Assembly: GCA_000320545.1 (NCBI GenBank)
Contig: ADNK01000348.1
Span: forward strand, 1 to 33,938
Direction: 5' to 3'
Length of the DNA: 33,938 bases
Origin: Bigelowiella natans CCMP2755
Lineage: Eukaryota > Protista > Cercozoa
Positions within the stretch are counted from its first letter, which is position 1. Each line of letters starts with the position of its first letter. The notes beneath the pieces are model-generated. The model was not told the origin of the DNA. It did not search any database and saw only the letters and a program-made list of their open reading frames with translations. This document shows positions 9,552-21,691 of this stretch, piece by piece. The translations under genes and the position numbers were made by a program.

Positions 9552-12500
9552 TCACGCAGCGTTGCCGCAAGCTTGTGGGCCGAGCCTCTTACGAATACGA
9601 AGCTTTTCATTTTCTAGGGTCTGAAGCACAGCACAAGAAAGAACAGCAAATCACTGATCATGGTCACGATCAGGTCTCCATTTGCAACATTATGAGCCAG
9701 CAAGCATACCATTTTGTTCACGACAATTTGCAGACTCCGACTTTTAAGAAAGTAACACCTGTCCAGAAGAAATTTCCACAAAATGACCATAATTATGGAT
9801 GGAAGACCGTGGAAATGCATCAGAGTTCATTCAACTCCACCGAGAAAATGCCAGATAAATTACCGCTTGAACAGATGTCCTCTAACTGGTAGTTTTTTCT
9901 TGTCGCCTTGTTTGTCCTTCGGTTTGATATGAGAATATTCCACACCCTGGCTCGATTTTGTATTTTCAACTTTGGAAGCTTCCTTCAGCTCGCGGTTGGT
10001 CGGAGACTTCTCAAATTTAAAGTGATTCAGGTCATTCCCACTGAATTCTAATACTCCTCCCTTGAACATGATGGTTTCGAATTCAGGTTCTTGGGGCAAA
10101 GCGCTGTCATTGATTTTGTCTCGTTGAGACCTGTCAACAATCATTGTGCTGTACCAGCATTTGTTGGGAGCCTCCCTTCGATCCGCTTGCTGTGTGTCGT
10201 CGTCTTCGTTGTCGTCGGCCTCGTTTTTCTCGTTCTTGTCATTGCTTTTCTCCTCATTAAGGCAGACACCACCCAGCAAATTCGAATCAGTATGTGTAGC
10301 AATTTTATCCGATGCACTCACATCTGCTGTAGACTCAATGTCCTGTGATTGCGCATGTATAATTTGTGAGGCCTCTTTACTGTCATTGCGACAGATTGCA
10401 TCGACATCTCTCTGATTCAGTGTGAAACCCTTCTGCTTTTTAGGCGGTGAATCACTCTTCATTTCTTTCTTCTGTTCCTGTCTGAAGGAACGTCTTACTG
10501 ATTCTTTAAGCTGGCTCAGACGCTTTTCTGTCTTTGAATTCTCGCGATCACGCTTAATTGCATCCACCCTCGCCCGAAAGGAAGCTGTTGTGGCTGTTAG
10601 ACTGCTGTGCCTTGAAATAGCTGACTTCGTCGAAGAGGGTGCACTTTTTTTTGCAAGCTGATGCCTGTCATGGATTGCTGCGCTTCTCTGCCTTCCGGAA
10701 AATTGTTTCTTCGACCTTGATTGACTCCACGATGGATTAAAATGTCCCCTGACTTTCGTATAATTTCCCGACACTACACGTATACATGTTCAATTTATAA
10801 CCAGTCTAAAGATGTGGGATTAAAAACCTTAACCTGCTCTTAAAGATGGTACTATTTCTCGAGTGCCCATGTGCATTTCATTCCTGTCCTTCACTGTGTT
10901 CCTATTGGTACACACCGAACGGAAATTAGGCTAAGATTTATATATGTACACAAACTGAAACCTGATTGTCTTCAAGTTGCTCAGTAGCCTAGTCAGCGCG
11001 ATTGGCGGTGGTCTCCTCAATGTGGCATCACGATGTAATTTACCTCCCTCCGTGAATGTACTGCTCCTTCGTCTGCCTCCTGCTGATGTTTCTTCGGTGG
11101 TGTTGTTTCTGCCATTCTCAACAAAAGGCTTAACGCCCAATACCATCATAGATGTCAAGTCCAAGTCAGTATCGGTTTTCAAAATGACTTCAAGTTACAC
11201 TCTACCTCCATAAATGCGTTGGTGTCCTTGCTGTTCCGGATGACAGCATGATGGGATTCAAACTACATTGTTTAAAATAACTTCAAAAATAATATCTTAA
11301 GAAAGTTCCTAAAATCAACCTGAACTCCAAGTACTTCATATGACAGAAGATCCAAGCAGCTTTCCTGGAGCCATCCCATTAATGTCCGAAGCTGATTATT
11401 TAAAGTGTAAAAGGAAGGGTGCGTCTAAATTCTGTGCAAGTTAACCAATTGTTAGACCTCTTTTTTGGTCTTAGTTTTTACTCCGAGTCCATGAGCAATG
11501 TCAGTCAATGTAATTGGCGATTCAACAACTGACAGCACCTTGAAGGTTATATAATTTGTAAGTTACAACCACAAATAAGCCACGACTTCCCACATATGTA
11601 AGACCTTAACAATGTCCTGTTGTAAGCAGGTCAAGTTATCCATTTTCAAGATCTATGTAATGATATAGCAAGCTAATCATTTGAAAGTTATGATTGATCT
11701 CATACATACAACATACCAGAAGATCTTCCATAACAGGCGGCATTGATAAAGCGGTTAATGTTTCAAATGTGGAGCCTTTTCGGGTCCCAGATTTTCCAGT
11801 AGTCTTATTCTTAAAAACAATTCCTTCCTCGAGCTTCATATTATTAAGGGCTGTTAATGCTTTGGACATTTGATGGCAAGAATTTGATAGCTGTATTACA
11901 AGTTGATGACAGACGTATTTTATGAACAGGGGAATGGATCCACTTAAACTGAAGACTACGTTGAAAATAGTCTGAATAAAAATAATACATCAAGATTCTG
12001 TGCATTCCAATGACAAATTAGTGCCTTAAATTCGCGCTTTTGGTCCATCGGTATTTGTAAAAGACTTTGAATTAATCGAATTGCATCTCGATAAACCTAT
12101 GTATTTTTATGGTGGCACGTTGGGAGATGTAATAGCGAAAGAATCCACCGACCAATGGCTCAAGCTTCAGTGAGAAAAAGGGTATTGAAGCACTTAGGGT
12201 CTGTAACTCGGATTCGACTTGCCAATCCGGTCTCATTATCAAGCACAATATTATGCCTACAACAGATAAACATATTTGTGGGAATGTAGTGCGGTAGATG
12301 TTTTTTTAGAAGAAAAAACCTTTGATAAGCAGCAGCCTTCCAACTAAGTCCCAGCTTATGTCGTCAAATAACTCACAATTGTCTAGTATTAGGAGCATTG
12401 GAGCCATTTTCTTCTTTGAAATCTGTGACACGTGCTCTCAAAACAAGAAAATATATATCGACTAAATCCCAAAAATGATAATCAAGCTCCAAAAGCGAAT

Positions 12501-15500
12501 GCATAATAAAATACAACTATCAAACTACCGCTAAACTCGCCAAAGATGCGACTCCTGCAATAGTTGAAGCATAGCGATGGGCCTAATCCAAATAATGTTT
12601 ATGATATTGATTGCCTACAGCAATATCAATTTTGTCTTGTGTGTGAATACCTGCCGATCCATCGTTTGGATACTTGTTGATCTCGTTCCAGAATCATGCA
12701 ACCTTGACAGGCTATAAACTGGTGTTGACATTGCTGATTTTGCATTCTCTATTGGTGTGGATTTATCCAAAAGTTTCTCGGAAAGGGAAGACTTAAAATC
12801 TATCCATTCCTTTCCATTTGCAAGAAGCTTTCTGTTCAGCGGTCCAATCTAGCAAGGATTTTGGGCATTGAAAAACATTGAACATTAAATTTCGTATTTT
12901 TGCTGTAACTAGATGCACCTGCGCTTAGCAGAACTCTACATGTAGCATTTGGAATTGAGTAATACTGCTTGTATGATCCATTTATCTAATACCTTTTTTG
13001 AGAATCTGTGGACGACTTTCAAAAGCTGTCTCAGAACGGATTTCCAACTTAAGAGTCGGTCGCTCATTCCAGATCGATTCCTACAGAAATTTAAGCTCAG
13101 ATATGCTGGAAATCTATACAAGCTAGTTTAGTACGTAGTAAGATGTGTCGTGCTGAGTCCTAAATCAAATGGCTCGGAACAGCATACGGTACACCTGCAA
13201 AATTAATATACTAGTCATTGGGAATATCGAAGGTTCCAAATGAATCTCTCAAGAGAATTCTGTGCATCGTATGTTTTTGGAATGTACACCCTCGCTTTTT
13301 GGCGGTATTCGTCAGATATTGTTTCATCGTTGTCTTTCCGATTCCATAACCTCCGGTAACCTAGTGACGATATGAAAATTTTTAATTTACATGTTGCAGT
13401 CTTCACTGTCTTCACAGTGATAAGCAAGTATTGCACCAAAATCAGCCCAGTATTTTCTTTTGCGCACGTATCTAGATAGACCTTTATCAAAGTTTCCAAT
13501 TAATGCTGACAACGAAGTGCGCGAACACAAACAATATCTATCGCTACCGAGAGTTTTCTCTTTTCGGGCCATCTTAGACTTCGGATATCCTGGACGTCTG
13601 ATATTGACTTGAATCGTTCGTGTCTTTTAGTTTCGCTATCGTTACTCTTTGGGGATTGCATCCGAGCTCCATTAAGTTTCTCGCGGAATATTTCCTCTGC
13701 TGGATTTAGCTGGTGCGGTAGGAATCTGATGCATGTGCAGATTAGATACTTCATTATGCAAGTTTAAATACATTCGACCTCTTATAGTTTCCTGATGAAA
13801 ACGTGTAATGCTCATCCAGCGATAATTTGTTTGTTAGGGATTGAAGAACCTGAATATAATCAATCTTTTGGAAACAAGAGAAAATGCTTATGTTAGAATG
13901 AACACTTTTTACCCTCTCAGCGGTGAATATCTTTTGCTTCGCGGTCTTTCCTAATTTTTGATATGCAAATTCAATCGGAAAATTATAATGATTTTGACAC
14001 ATAGATGTTGAAAATTGTTCATAACCTTTACATACACAATCCTCCTGGCGTTTAAATTCAACCTATTCAACGTGGACTGTTAGTAATATAGAGAGTAGCG
14101 CACACTGCATTAGTTATCAGGAAATGATACCCAATTTCCAGCCATTCGACATGTGTTTTCATCACAAGTCACAACACTGGAATCTTTTCCCCCGGAAATC
14201 TTCCAGCCTTGTGTCATGTAGCGAGCGGATAAATTTACAGCATCACCTATACGGATCCGATTATAGAACATAATGAACGAAACAAATAAATAGTATCGTA
14301 ACCTATGGTCGTATATTCCCTTCGCGATTCCCCGCCAACCATTCCACAGAATACCTCGATTAAGCAGCAATTTTAATTCACTCATTATAAGTTTGTTTTA
14401 CAATCCAATTTTTACCCTTCCAGAAACTATACCAATAGAGCATGAGAACCCGTAAGTCTTAAATATCATCTTCATTGAAAGTCCAGCAAGTACAGCCCGG
14501 GCAGCGTCATCTGGATGACGATACGGAGGCAATCCAAAAACTGCCAGTACGACAACCTTCGTCGAAAACATCGCATCACAAAATCAACCTTTTGGTGATC
14601 AGGCCAGATTGAAATTTACCCCTTTGTCATCAACTAGGAGTTTATTCACTGTCCCTTCCCAGTTGGAAATGCAGTCTTGTGTTGCTGTCATTAGCAGCTG
14701 TGCTTTTTCTAGGGTCTATTGATACATGAAATATGATTTATTTTCCTGGTTTTCGGAAAGCGAGAAGGTATTACATGCTGTTCATTCGCGGCGTTGTTGC
14801 TTAATGATATTCCAGTTGAATTTATGAACATAATCGTAACCGACCTGTAAGGAGTTTCACCATTTCAAATATATCTAATGGCAACTGGTGCCTTTTCTAT
14901 GTTTCCTAACCTCATAGACGAGAATCTATAATCTATCCTATCAGCTCGCCGACATGTATTAGCCTGATTCAAAGATCACCGCGTGTTGATGAAGTTCTGT
15001 GGGAGAAAAAGATTGAATACCTGTAAGCAGTTGATAACGTGCTGCGGAAGAAACATCCTTAAAGTTGGCAAGATCTTCCTATACGCAACGAAGACCAATG
15101 ATACATCAAGTTGCTCACAGAAATCTGGAATGAAGATACTTTCGACGATATTTTTTGGCTCGATCGTTGATCCCACGCACAGTGTTGCGACCGAGATCAT
15201 ATATAGCCTCGTCCCCATATCTAGTTCATGTTTTAAAAAATACCCACAGTAAAATGACAGTGAATAGTTTGTGTGTGTGGGTGGATGGGTGAGTATGTGT
15301 GTGTTTGAGTGTGAGACATACCTAGAGTGACATTGAATGACTAAATGTGCAGAATTTGCTCTCTTTATAGGTTGCAGTGCTTGAGAATTCATTAGATTGA
15401 GGCTCAGTCTTAAATCCTGACTTGGGATAAACATTCGGGGGGGCGGGGCAGCATATTGAGTACCATTTGTTTTTGATGCTGCAAACAGTTCGATCCACGA

Positions 15501-18095
15501 TCCATCTTGTCTTCGTTCTTGTACACTCCATCTTTGCTTCGTATCATTCTTAGTTAGAGAGTAATTGTAATGTAGGAGTCTGTGCTTCTTGTCGGAACTT
15601 AAGAACCAACACCCAATGTTTGCCTGGTTTAGAAATGGGCAATAAAATATGCATTAAACGGTTTATCCCACGGTTGAGAAAGCCCATGTTCACCTTCTCA
15701 GTATCCTCAGGGAATGCAGCTGCGAAGCTATGCAATCCCCTCTCGTAAGCTTGGAATGGTCCGTGGCTATTTCTTAGATGGGTTATGTCTTTGGTTTTGG
15801 TAGAGGATCCATACCGACCACTTTTTCCAACCCTTTCATTGGTCTTCGGGGTGCTTTCTGAATCATTGGAGTTTCCTTTGGATTGTTGACGTTTTATACC
15901 GCTGCTCGTATTTCTAATCCTAAATTCTGGCGAATTTTGTATTTGTGTTTCCCTTACTCCTCTTTGTAAATTTTTGCTGATTGAATTGTTTTTCCTTCTC
16001 TTAGATTTTTGCTTCGTTGTCTTTGGTGTCATGGTGAAGGATACTGGATTTTCCAGAATGATGCTAGACGGCGCGAAGTGAAATAAAGATTTTAAGGCCT
16101 AGGAAAAGGTATAACTATTCATCAATATTACATTGTTATTAAGAATCGATAAAACAATATCTACGGAGAGGTTATAAATGGTCTATTAGACATACCCTGT
16201 ATGGTTTTTCCAATTTGATGGGTTGCCGTTCCTCGTGATTGTTCACAATTCGAATCTACCGTGCAGTCTCGTTAGGAGAGATGTAGTCACATGAAAAGGT
16301 GCTCATACGTTCTTCAGATCTGCTTTTAAGACTGAATCGGAGATCAACTCCCAAACGGCAGGAGAAACAACGAGTTCCTATGGAGAATTTGTGAGAATGA
16401 AATAATATGCACAACTAAAACAGTATTGCCGATAGATGATTAGATATTCCAGTCTATCAAAACAATCTGGGGACTGTAACCTTTGTATTAGCAAGGGTAA
16501 CAGCATGGGACATCTCTTGGATAGGACCTCCACTCACAACATGTTCCTAGTACGATAATTCCAGTTTATTTTTGAACTGCTAAAACCCGTGAAGCAAATA
16601 CCAAATGCTGAGAAGGATTTCCTAAAATCATTTGTGTAAGCTGACCGCAACCGAGTCCAAGGTGTAAGTCCAAAAGCACACCCTCAGTTGCCTACGATGT
16701 CACACGATAGAATAGCTCAAGAATATAGGATAGTATTTTCTGCTTTCAAGCTGTTATTGGCTGAACCCGAAAGTCCGATAATCTTGACAGCATATCGATG
16801 GCACATCTTATTGCTGCCATGCTCAACTGCCGTAAAATATCTGCGTTGTTGTCTATAAAGTAGTCTTCAGACTTGTCGGTTTGACTAGAATTTTTCGAGA
16901 CCTTTTCATAAGTATGGTTATTAAAGGTAGTGATAGAACCGAAGTAATGTTTACTTTTGAGTGTCGTATAGTTCTCTCATTTTGAGAATGATAATCAGGG
17001 GTGTCACTTCCTCCCCGTCGACTGGTTCTGCTACCCATAGAATCTTGTTTTGTAGGCAAGAAAATTAAATTGAATTCACCCGTAACTCCGTAACACATCA
17101 ATGCAAACCTCTTGATTTACCCCGAACAGAGGTAGAGAGACTTCTAAAGTGATATGATCTGGATTTTTTCGAAGCTTTAGCTCCTTCATCCGTTCCCCTG
17201 TAATCCAGACTTAGCATCAAAATGCTGCCATAAAAATAAAAATTCGTTTGATAACCATGTTCTATTGCGATCACGCGTTGCATATTTTGGCGTAGCGGTG
17301 ACAACTGGTTTCAGGCCTAATGTCTAAAAGCAACACACGTAAGATGCAACATTGGCACCTTTGGGGTTCATATCAATACCTCCGGACGCCACACTACAAT
17401 TACCGCATCGCCAGCGAATTTGATGATATCTCCTCCTTTTAACAAGTAAAATGTGTGTCGAGAAATTTGTGGAGATAGATACAAAAAATTTACGTCACCA
17501 TGATCCGTAACAACGCTGACTAAGTCTTTGAAATATGAATTTAGAATTTGACACATTATCTGCAATCCAGAAGGGCCTTTTTTGTCCATGGCTTCTGTAA
17601 GCTTTGTAAAGCCTGAGACAGAAACGATCAGATATCTATGGAAAAATATGGATTTGTTAGCCACAAGCCTGATATGTCTGCCATCAATGCGACCCCAGGA
17701 AACGACTGGGACCAAGGTACCTTGCGGATTTTCTGAGCGCGGATAGATTGAGCTTTACATGAGCATTGAATACAATTTCAATTCCAGATTACATTGTTGA
17801 CGATGTTGTCAAGTAGCATCGTAGAAGCAAAGCTTAAGCATTTTTTCACCTCATCACGGCGTACCGGAGTCCTATTATACGCGTACTAATCTTTCATGCG
17901 CTTCAAAGAAGGTAACCATGCCGTTGAATTTTCTACATTATAGTGATACCAATATTTTCCAATGTCCCCGGGTTTCGATCGATCCTGAATAGCATGTCGC
18001 ATGTGCGAAAGTGCCATGGACCGCCTATCTTTTCGCTCCTTTGATTCAACCACATCCTCCTTATCTGCCATGCTACGGGTATTTGTTTCTACCAT
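9552..18095 (-). CDS. Soluble-type (ADCY10/sAC-like) class III adenylate cyclase: C1 and C2 catalytic domains, STAND P-loop NTPase, disordered C-terminal tail; many short introns
   Basis: C1: VALMADISG|FTKLTE (about 17690-17595), GGDIIKFAGDA (about 17435-17405), LHLGLGCG, ELVVSPAVW. C2: SMRSVTIMFIN (about 14840), EGTVNKLLVDDKG (about 14660-14620), FGLPPYRHPDDAARA, FCGMVGGESRREYTTIG|DAVNLSARYM (about 14350-14215). Walker A VTGGYGIGKTT (13360-13328), Walker B LLILDNCE (about 12395-12372), SGSIPLFIK (about 11950-11920). Terminal exons 10774-9863, 9758-9710 and 9620-9552 are less certain. Not every internal exon was resolved. Confidence 0.9.
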
Positions 18096-18149
18096 TCTGA
18101 ATCGCCGTTAACTTCCAGCATCATGGTTTTCGTTCTTTTCAAATTAAAC

Positions 18150-19495
18150 TACGTGTGGCTAGAATGGGCCAACAGTTCTTTCTCGCAACGCCCTGTTTTG
18201 GAGTGGATGTGTGTGGTCCGATCTGAAGATCTTGCGACGCGGTGTATGGAAATTGGCCTCAGTCGAGGGACTTAGATTCGAATAGACAGATGCCTTCACC
18301 CTCACCGATGACAACCGAGACACCCATTTTGTGCACCGTGTGCAGCTTTCACGAACTGCCAATTTATCAAATAAATGCCTTCCATTCTCGTTGTGCGACA
18401 AAAAACTTTTCCCACGTGAGGACGCATCCATGGAACTTTCGTTGTTTGCAATATGTTCTGTGTTGTCGCAGGACGAAGTCGCATTCGATTTTGATGCGAA
18501 TTGTCAAAGAAGCTTGGTGCTGGCCGTTGAAATCACTCTGTGCATTTGTTCGTCCATTGAACACAAGTAGCCTTTGTCTTAGCCACGTTTCGTTTGCGCT
18601 GCGTGCACGTGCGCATGCTAGCGTGCCAGTTGGAAACGTTGCTGATGTCACCGAAATTCGCGCCTGTTTCATTCGACGACCGGCCAAACACTGCTAGACT
18701 GATCGTGAGGTTTGCACGTTGGTGTGAAAACTGCACAAACGAAGACGCCTAAACGCGTTCATGAGAAAAGGCCCACAGCTAGCTAGCTAGACAGTGCTGG
18801 AATGCTGTGCCATGTGTGAACCCACCTGATTCAAAACTGCGCACGGTCACTGACGAACACACGATGCGAGTGTCTGCCAAGTTTTCACTGAGGAGTGCAC
18901 GAACTCCTGGCATTTGCGCACCCAGCTCACTGGCTCACGTGCGTGCCAGCGTGGTCCACATGTTGTCGTGGTCTGTGCTAGTGTGGGTCCAGCTAATCCT
19001 GTGTTTGTCTTCCGGCAAAACAAATTCCGAAAGTCACATGGGCAAACGTCGAAGATTTGTGCGAAATCACTCCAGGATCTTTCTCAAGTGTTCGAGAAAG
19101 ATGAAGATCACTCGAGAGTCTTCTCGAATCTAGCTATGTGGATGATGCAGGTAATTGAGAAGATGACACGTGTGGAATTGCATTGTGCACCATGCAAAAG
19201 TCCAAAGCCACCGCTCGCACAAAAAGAGCAACATCTCCCACGATTTCATGGCAGACAACCTTCAATGCCACAGCACAAACAAAGCGCATACTCCTTCCAG
19301 ATGGGAACAACTTATGAAACGCAATGGTGCATGATGAAATAAGGTCTGCACACAGCAGCATGAGAACACAACTATCTAGCTATGCGCACAGCACATGCAC
19401 CATGCTGACAGAAGGAGCCCTAATGATGCAGCATTCTACAAATCTACCATACATCTTGGTGATGCTACATCTAGTAGCTACATGCACTAATTACT
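18150..19495. other. Intergenic island C, rich in TGCA/CACG/CTAG; possible decayed transposon or viral remnant
   Basis: Abrupt compositional change from the AT-rich cyclase gene; no introns or microsatellites; interrupted coding-like frames. Confidence 0.55.
18181..19342 (+). pseudogene. Possible degenerate intronless ORF of unknown family
   Basis: Frame 18181-18570 runs 130 codons with one internal TAG and reads protein-like (FWSGCVWSDLKILRRGVWKLASVEGLRFE*TDAFTL...QDEVAFDFDANCQRSLVLAVEITLC). Further stop-interrupted stretches lie near 19015-19340. No family recognised. Confidence 0.25.
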
Positions 19496-19498
19496 GTC

Positions 19499-21691
19499 TT
19501 ATTTGTCATTAGTAGAAATCAAATCTAGCCCGACCGCTGCTCTTAACTCCTTAATCTGTTCATCAGTGAGGATTGAAACTTCTCCGGGAGCCAATGCTTC
19601 AGAAAGTAACAATGGTCCCATCGATATTCTTTTCAGCTCGACTACTTCTTTTCCCTAAACAAAATGTGATAAGATGCTGCTAATGATGCCGATGACAATA
19701 ACGATCATGATGACGTGTTGGGAAATTTTCCAACATGGAGAATCCTAGAATGCATATTACACACGAATTTCACCCGTTATGATATGTATACGATATGGCA
19801 AAAAATATATGAATGAAAAGCTGGCATGGAGAGCATATCAGGCCTGAAATTCATCAATAATTTTTATCATTTCTACATAATTCGTCGAAATTTCTCGCAT
19901 TTTTTTTTCTATGTTGCTACTTTTGCTGCTGCTGCTGCTGCTGCTTTTATTACCAGGCTACTGAACATTCTCCGAACCTGTCGATTCATTCCTTCGGTAA
20001 TTGTCATTTTCACTCTGCAAACTACTCCAGCTGCTGCAGAAAATTCGAAATCAAATTCGTCATTTTCATAATTTACATTGGCCGCCTCCTCACCATCATC
20101 ACATTTGTGAAGATGGCGGGCTTCTTCTTCCCCCTTGACAACGATGTCAATCGCACGTGCAAGACGTGTCTTCCCCGATCTCGGATCCTGATGGAGAGAG
20201 GAACAAGAGCAAAGTTGGTCGTATGACTTCTATGCATTTGGAAGCCTTGTTCTTATTCTTCCGATTCTTCTTCATGGCTCTGTCAGTTCATCCTGCCTAG
20301 TATATTTCCTCTACTCATCATTCGCTCACACCTTAAGCCTGATGCCGTGGAGGAGTCTTTCAACGTCGCAGGAATTCACATAGCTCTGCACGCCCACCTG
20401 GCGGAGCGATCAAAGAAAGGATGATGATGAAAAGAGAGAAACATGACGGTGAGAGGGAGCACTCTCTATCACAATTACGAGTACCAAGTAAGTTTTCGGA
20501 ATATGGTAAGTTGGATGCATGAGTCTATGAGCTAGTTCCCCTGTAACATAAAGATTAAGTAGTTACAAGGAGGAGGGTAACAAGGAGGAGGTGGTTGCTT
20601 CCATGTAATGGTCTAGTGTGGTTTTATGTTGGTACACAAGGATATTAGTAAGAACAGACCCTAATTTCCCCCCCCCCCCCCCTTCTTCTTATTCTTCTTC
20701 TTCTTCTTCTTCTACCGTCTGATGTGAAGAACAGTAACCCGGTGGTGTCAAGATCCAAGCGTCCCACCTATTCAAGAAATGCAGGGGAAATAAGATGGAA
20801 ATTATGAGAGAAGTGTGACGGTTATGATGACGTCAGGTTTACTGGTCGCAGTCTTGGTTTGAAAGCATTTACTTTTGAAGCACGTCTATCACCGTTTTAT
20901 GGGAGTTTGATTTCATCTGAGGAAGGGAAGGCAGGAGGATAGCCGGAGAATGATATATCTTTCATTTAAAAATCGATTGTCAGTACTTACTGCAGTGATA
21001 GTTGCTTTTGGTTTGTTCAGGATAAGGTGGTCATGAGCCCTCCAACTATCAATATCACGATTGCCTTTTTCAAGGGATAAAAAAATATTTAACCCAGGAA
21101 CAGATTGGACTAGATTGAGAGCAAATCACTTTCAAGCCCCTACCTGTGAATGGATCGATCAGCTCTAATTTCATCTCTGACGATAGCAACGACGATGACG
21201 ACGACGATGATTCGGTCGCCACAAGTTTAGAAGCCTTGAAGGAATGAGACGCAAACACAACAAAGGTTCGATTTGGATTATTTATCGACACTTACTTATC
21301 GAGATTCAAGAATCAATGCCAGTAGATTTACACTCCCCTTCGCCTGAAATTTACTACAGATCGACCATCGTCTCCCTTACCCAATCTCTCGTTCAAGACC
21401 TTAGTCACTTTTTGGCCGTCGAGTCTCACAAGCCCCTTGAGTATCTTATCGCGAGCTGCCATCCTCGTGATCCCAAACGTATGCGACACCTACGTTGTAG
21501 AAAATCATCACGCCTTTAAACATAATCAACCGGCTTCTTATATATTTGTGCAATGATCGGTGATTCATTCTCACGATTCGATCAAGTCGCAGAAACCCTT
21601 TGGGCATGGGACTTCCAACGGGAGCGAGTCCACTTGGGTTGGCGGAAAATGGAAAGCTACATCTCCCAGAAAAGTACTCCCGGAATCCCAT
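19499..21691 (-). CDS. RsuA/RluB/E/F-family pseudouridine synthase with N-terminal S4 domain, probably organellar; one internal frame break; start codon uncertain (ATG 21691 or 21607)
   Basis: S4: LRLDRI|VSHTFGITRMAARDKILKGLVRLDGQKVTK|ASKLV. Motif I: HLILNKPKATITA|MKSNSHKTVIDVL. Catalytic motif: RLRP|VGRLDLDTTGLLFFTSDG (exon starts 20767). Then ELAHRLMHPTYHIPKTY, ITEGMNRQVRRMF (exon 20187-19954) and GKEVVELKRISMGPLLL...LAPGE (exon 19654-19499). Confidence 0.9.

Noticed and set aside
9860-10774. 304-aa ORF as an independent gene
   Set aside because: It begins at a splice acceptor (GTG, no ATG) and has a donor at its end, so it is best read as a late exon of the cyclase, though this is not proven.
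13387-13572. Apparent in-frame stop or frameshift before the cyclase Walker A
   Set aside because: Resolved by ordinary GT-AG splicing: RWPEKRKLS|VYLDTCAKENTGLIL|VTGGYGIGKT.
9010-19495. Islands B and C as terminal repeats of one large element carrying the cyclase
   Set aside because: No alignable direct or inverted terminal repeats or target-site duplication were visible; they share composition only.
8734-19660. Idea that the cyclase is nested in an ARPC1 intron
   Set aside because: ARPC1 closes with exon 8802-8919; the coding sequence near 19500-19654 is the last exon of the RsuA-family gene on the minus strand.
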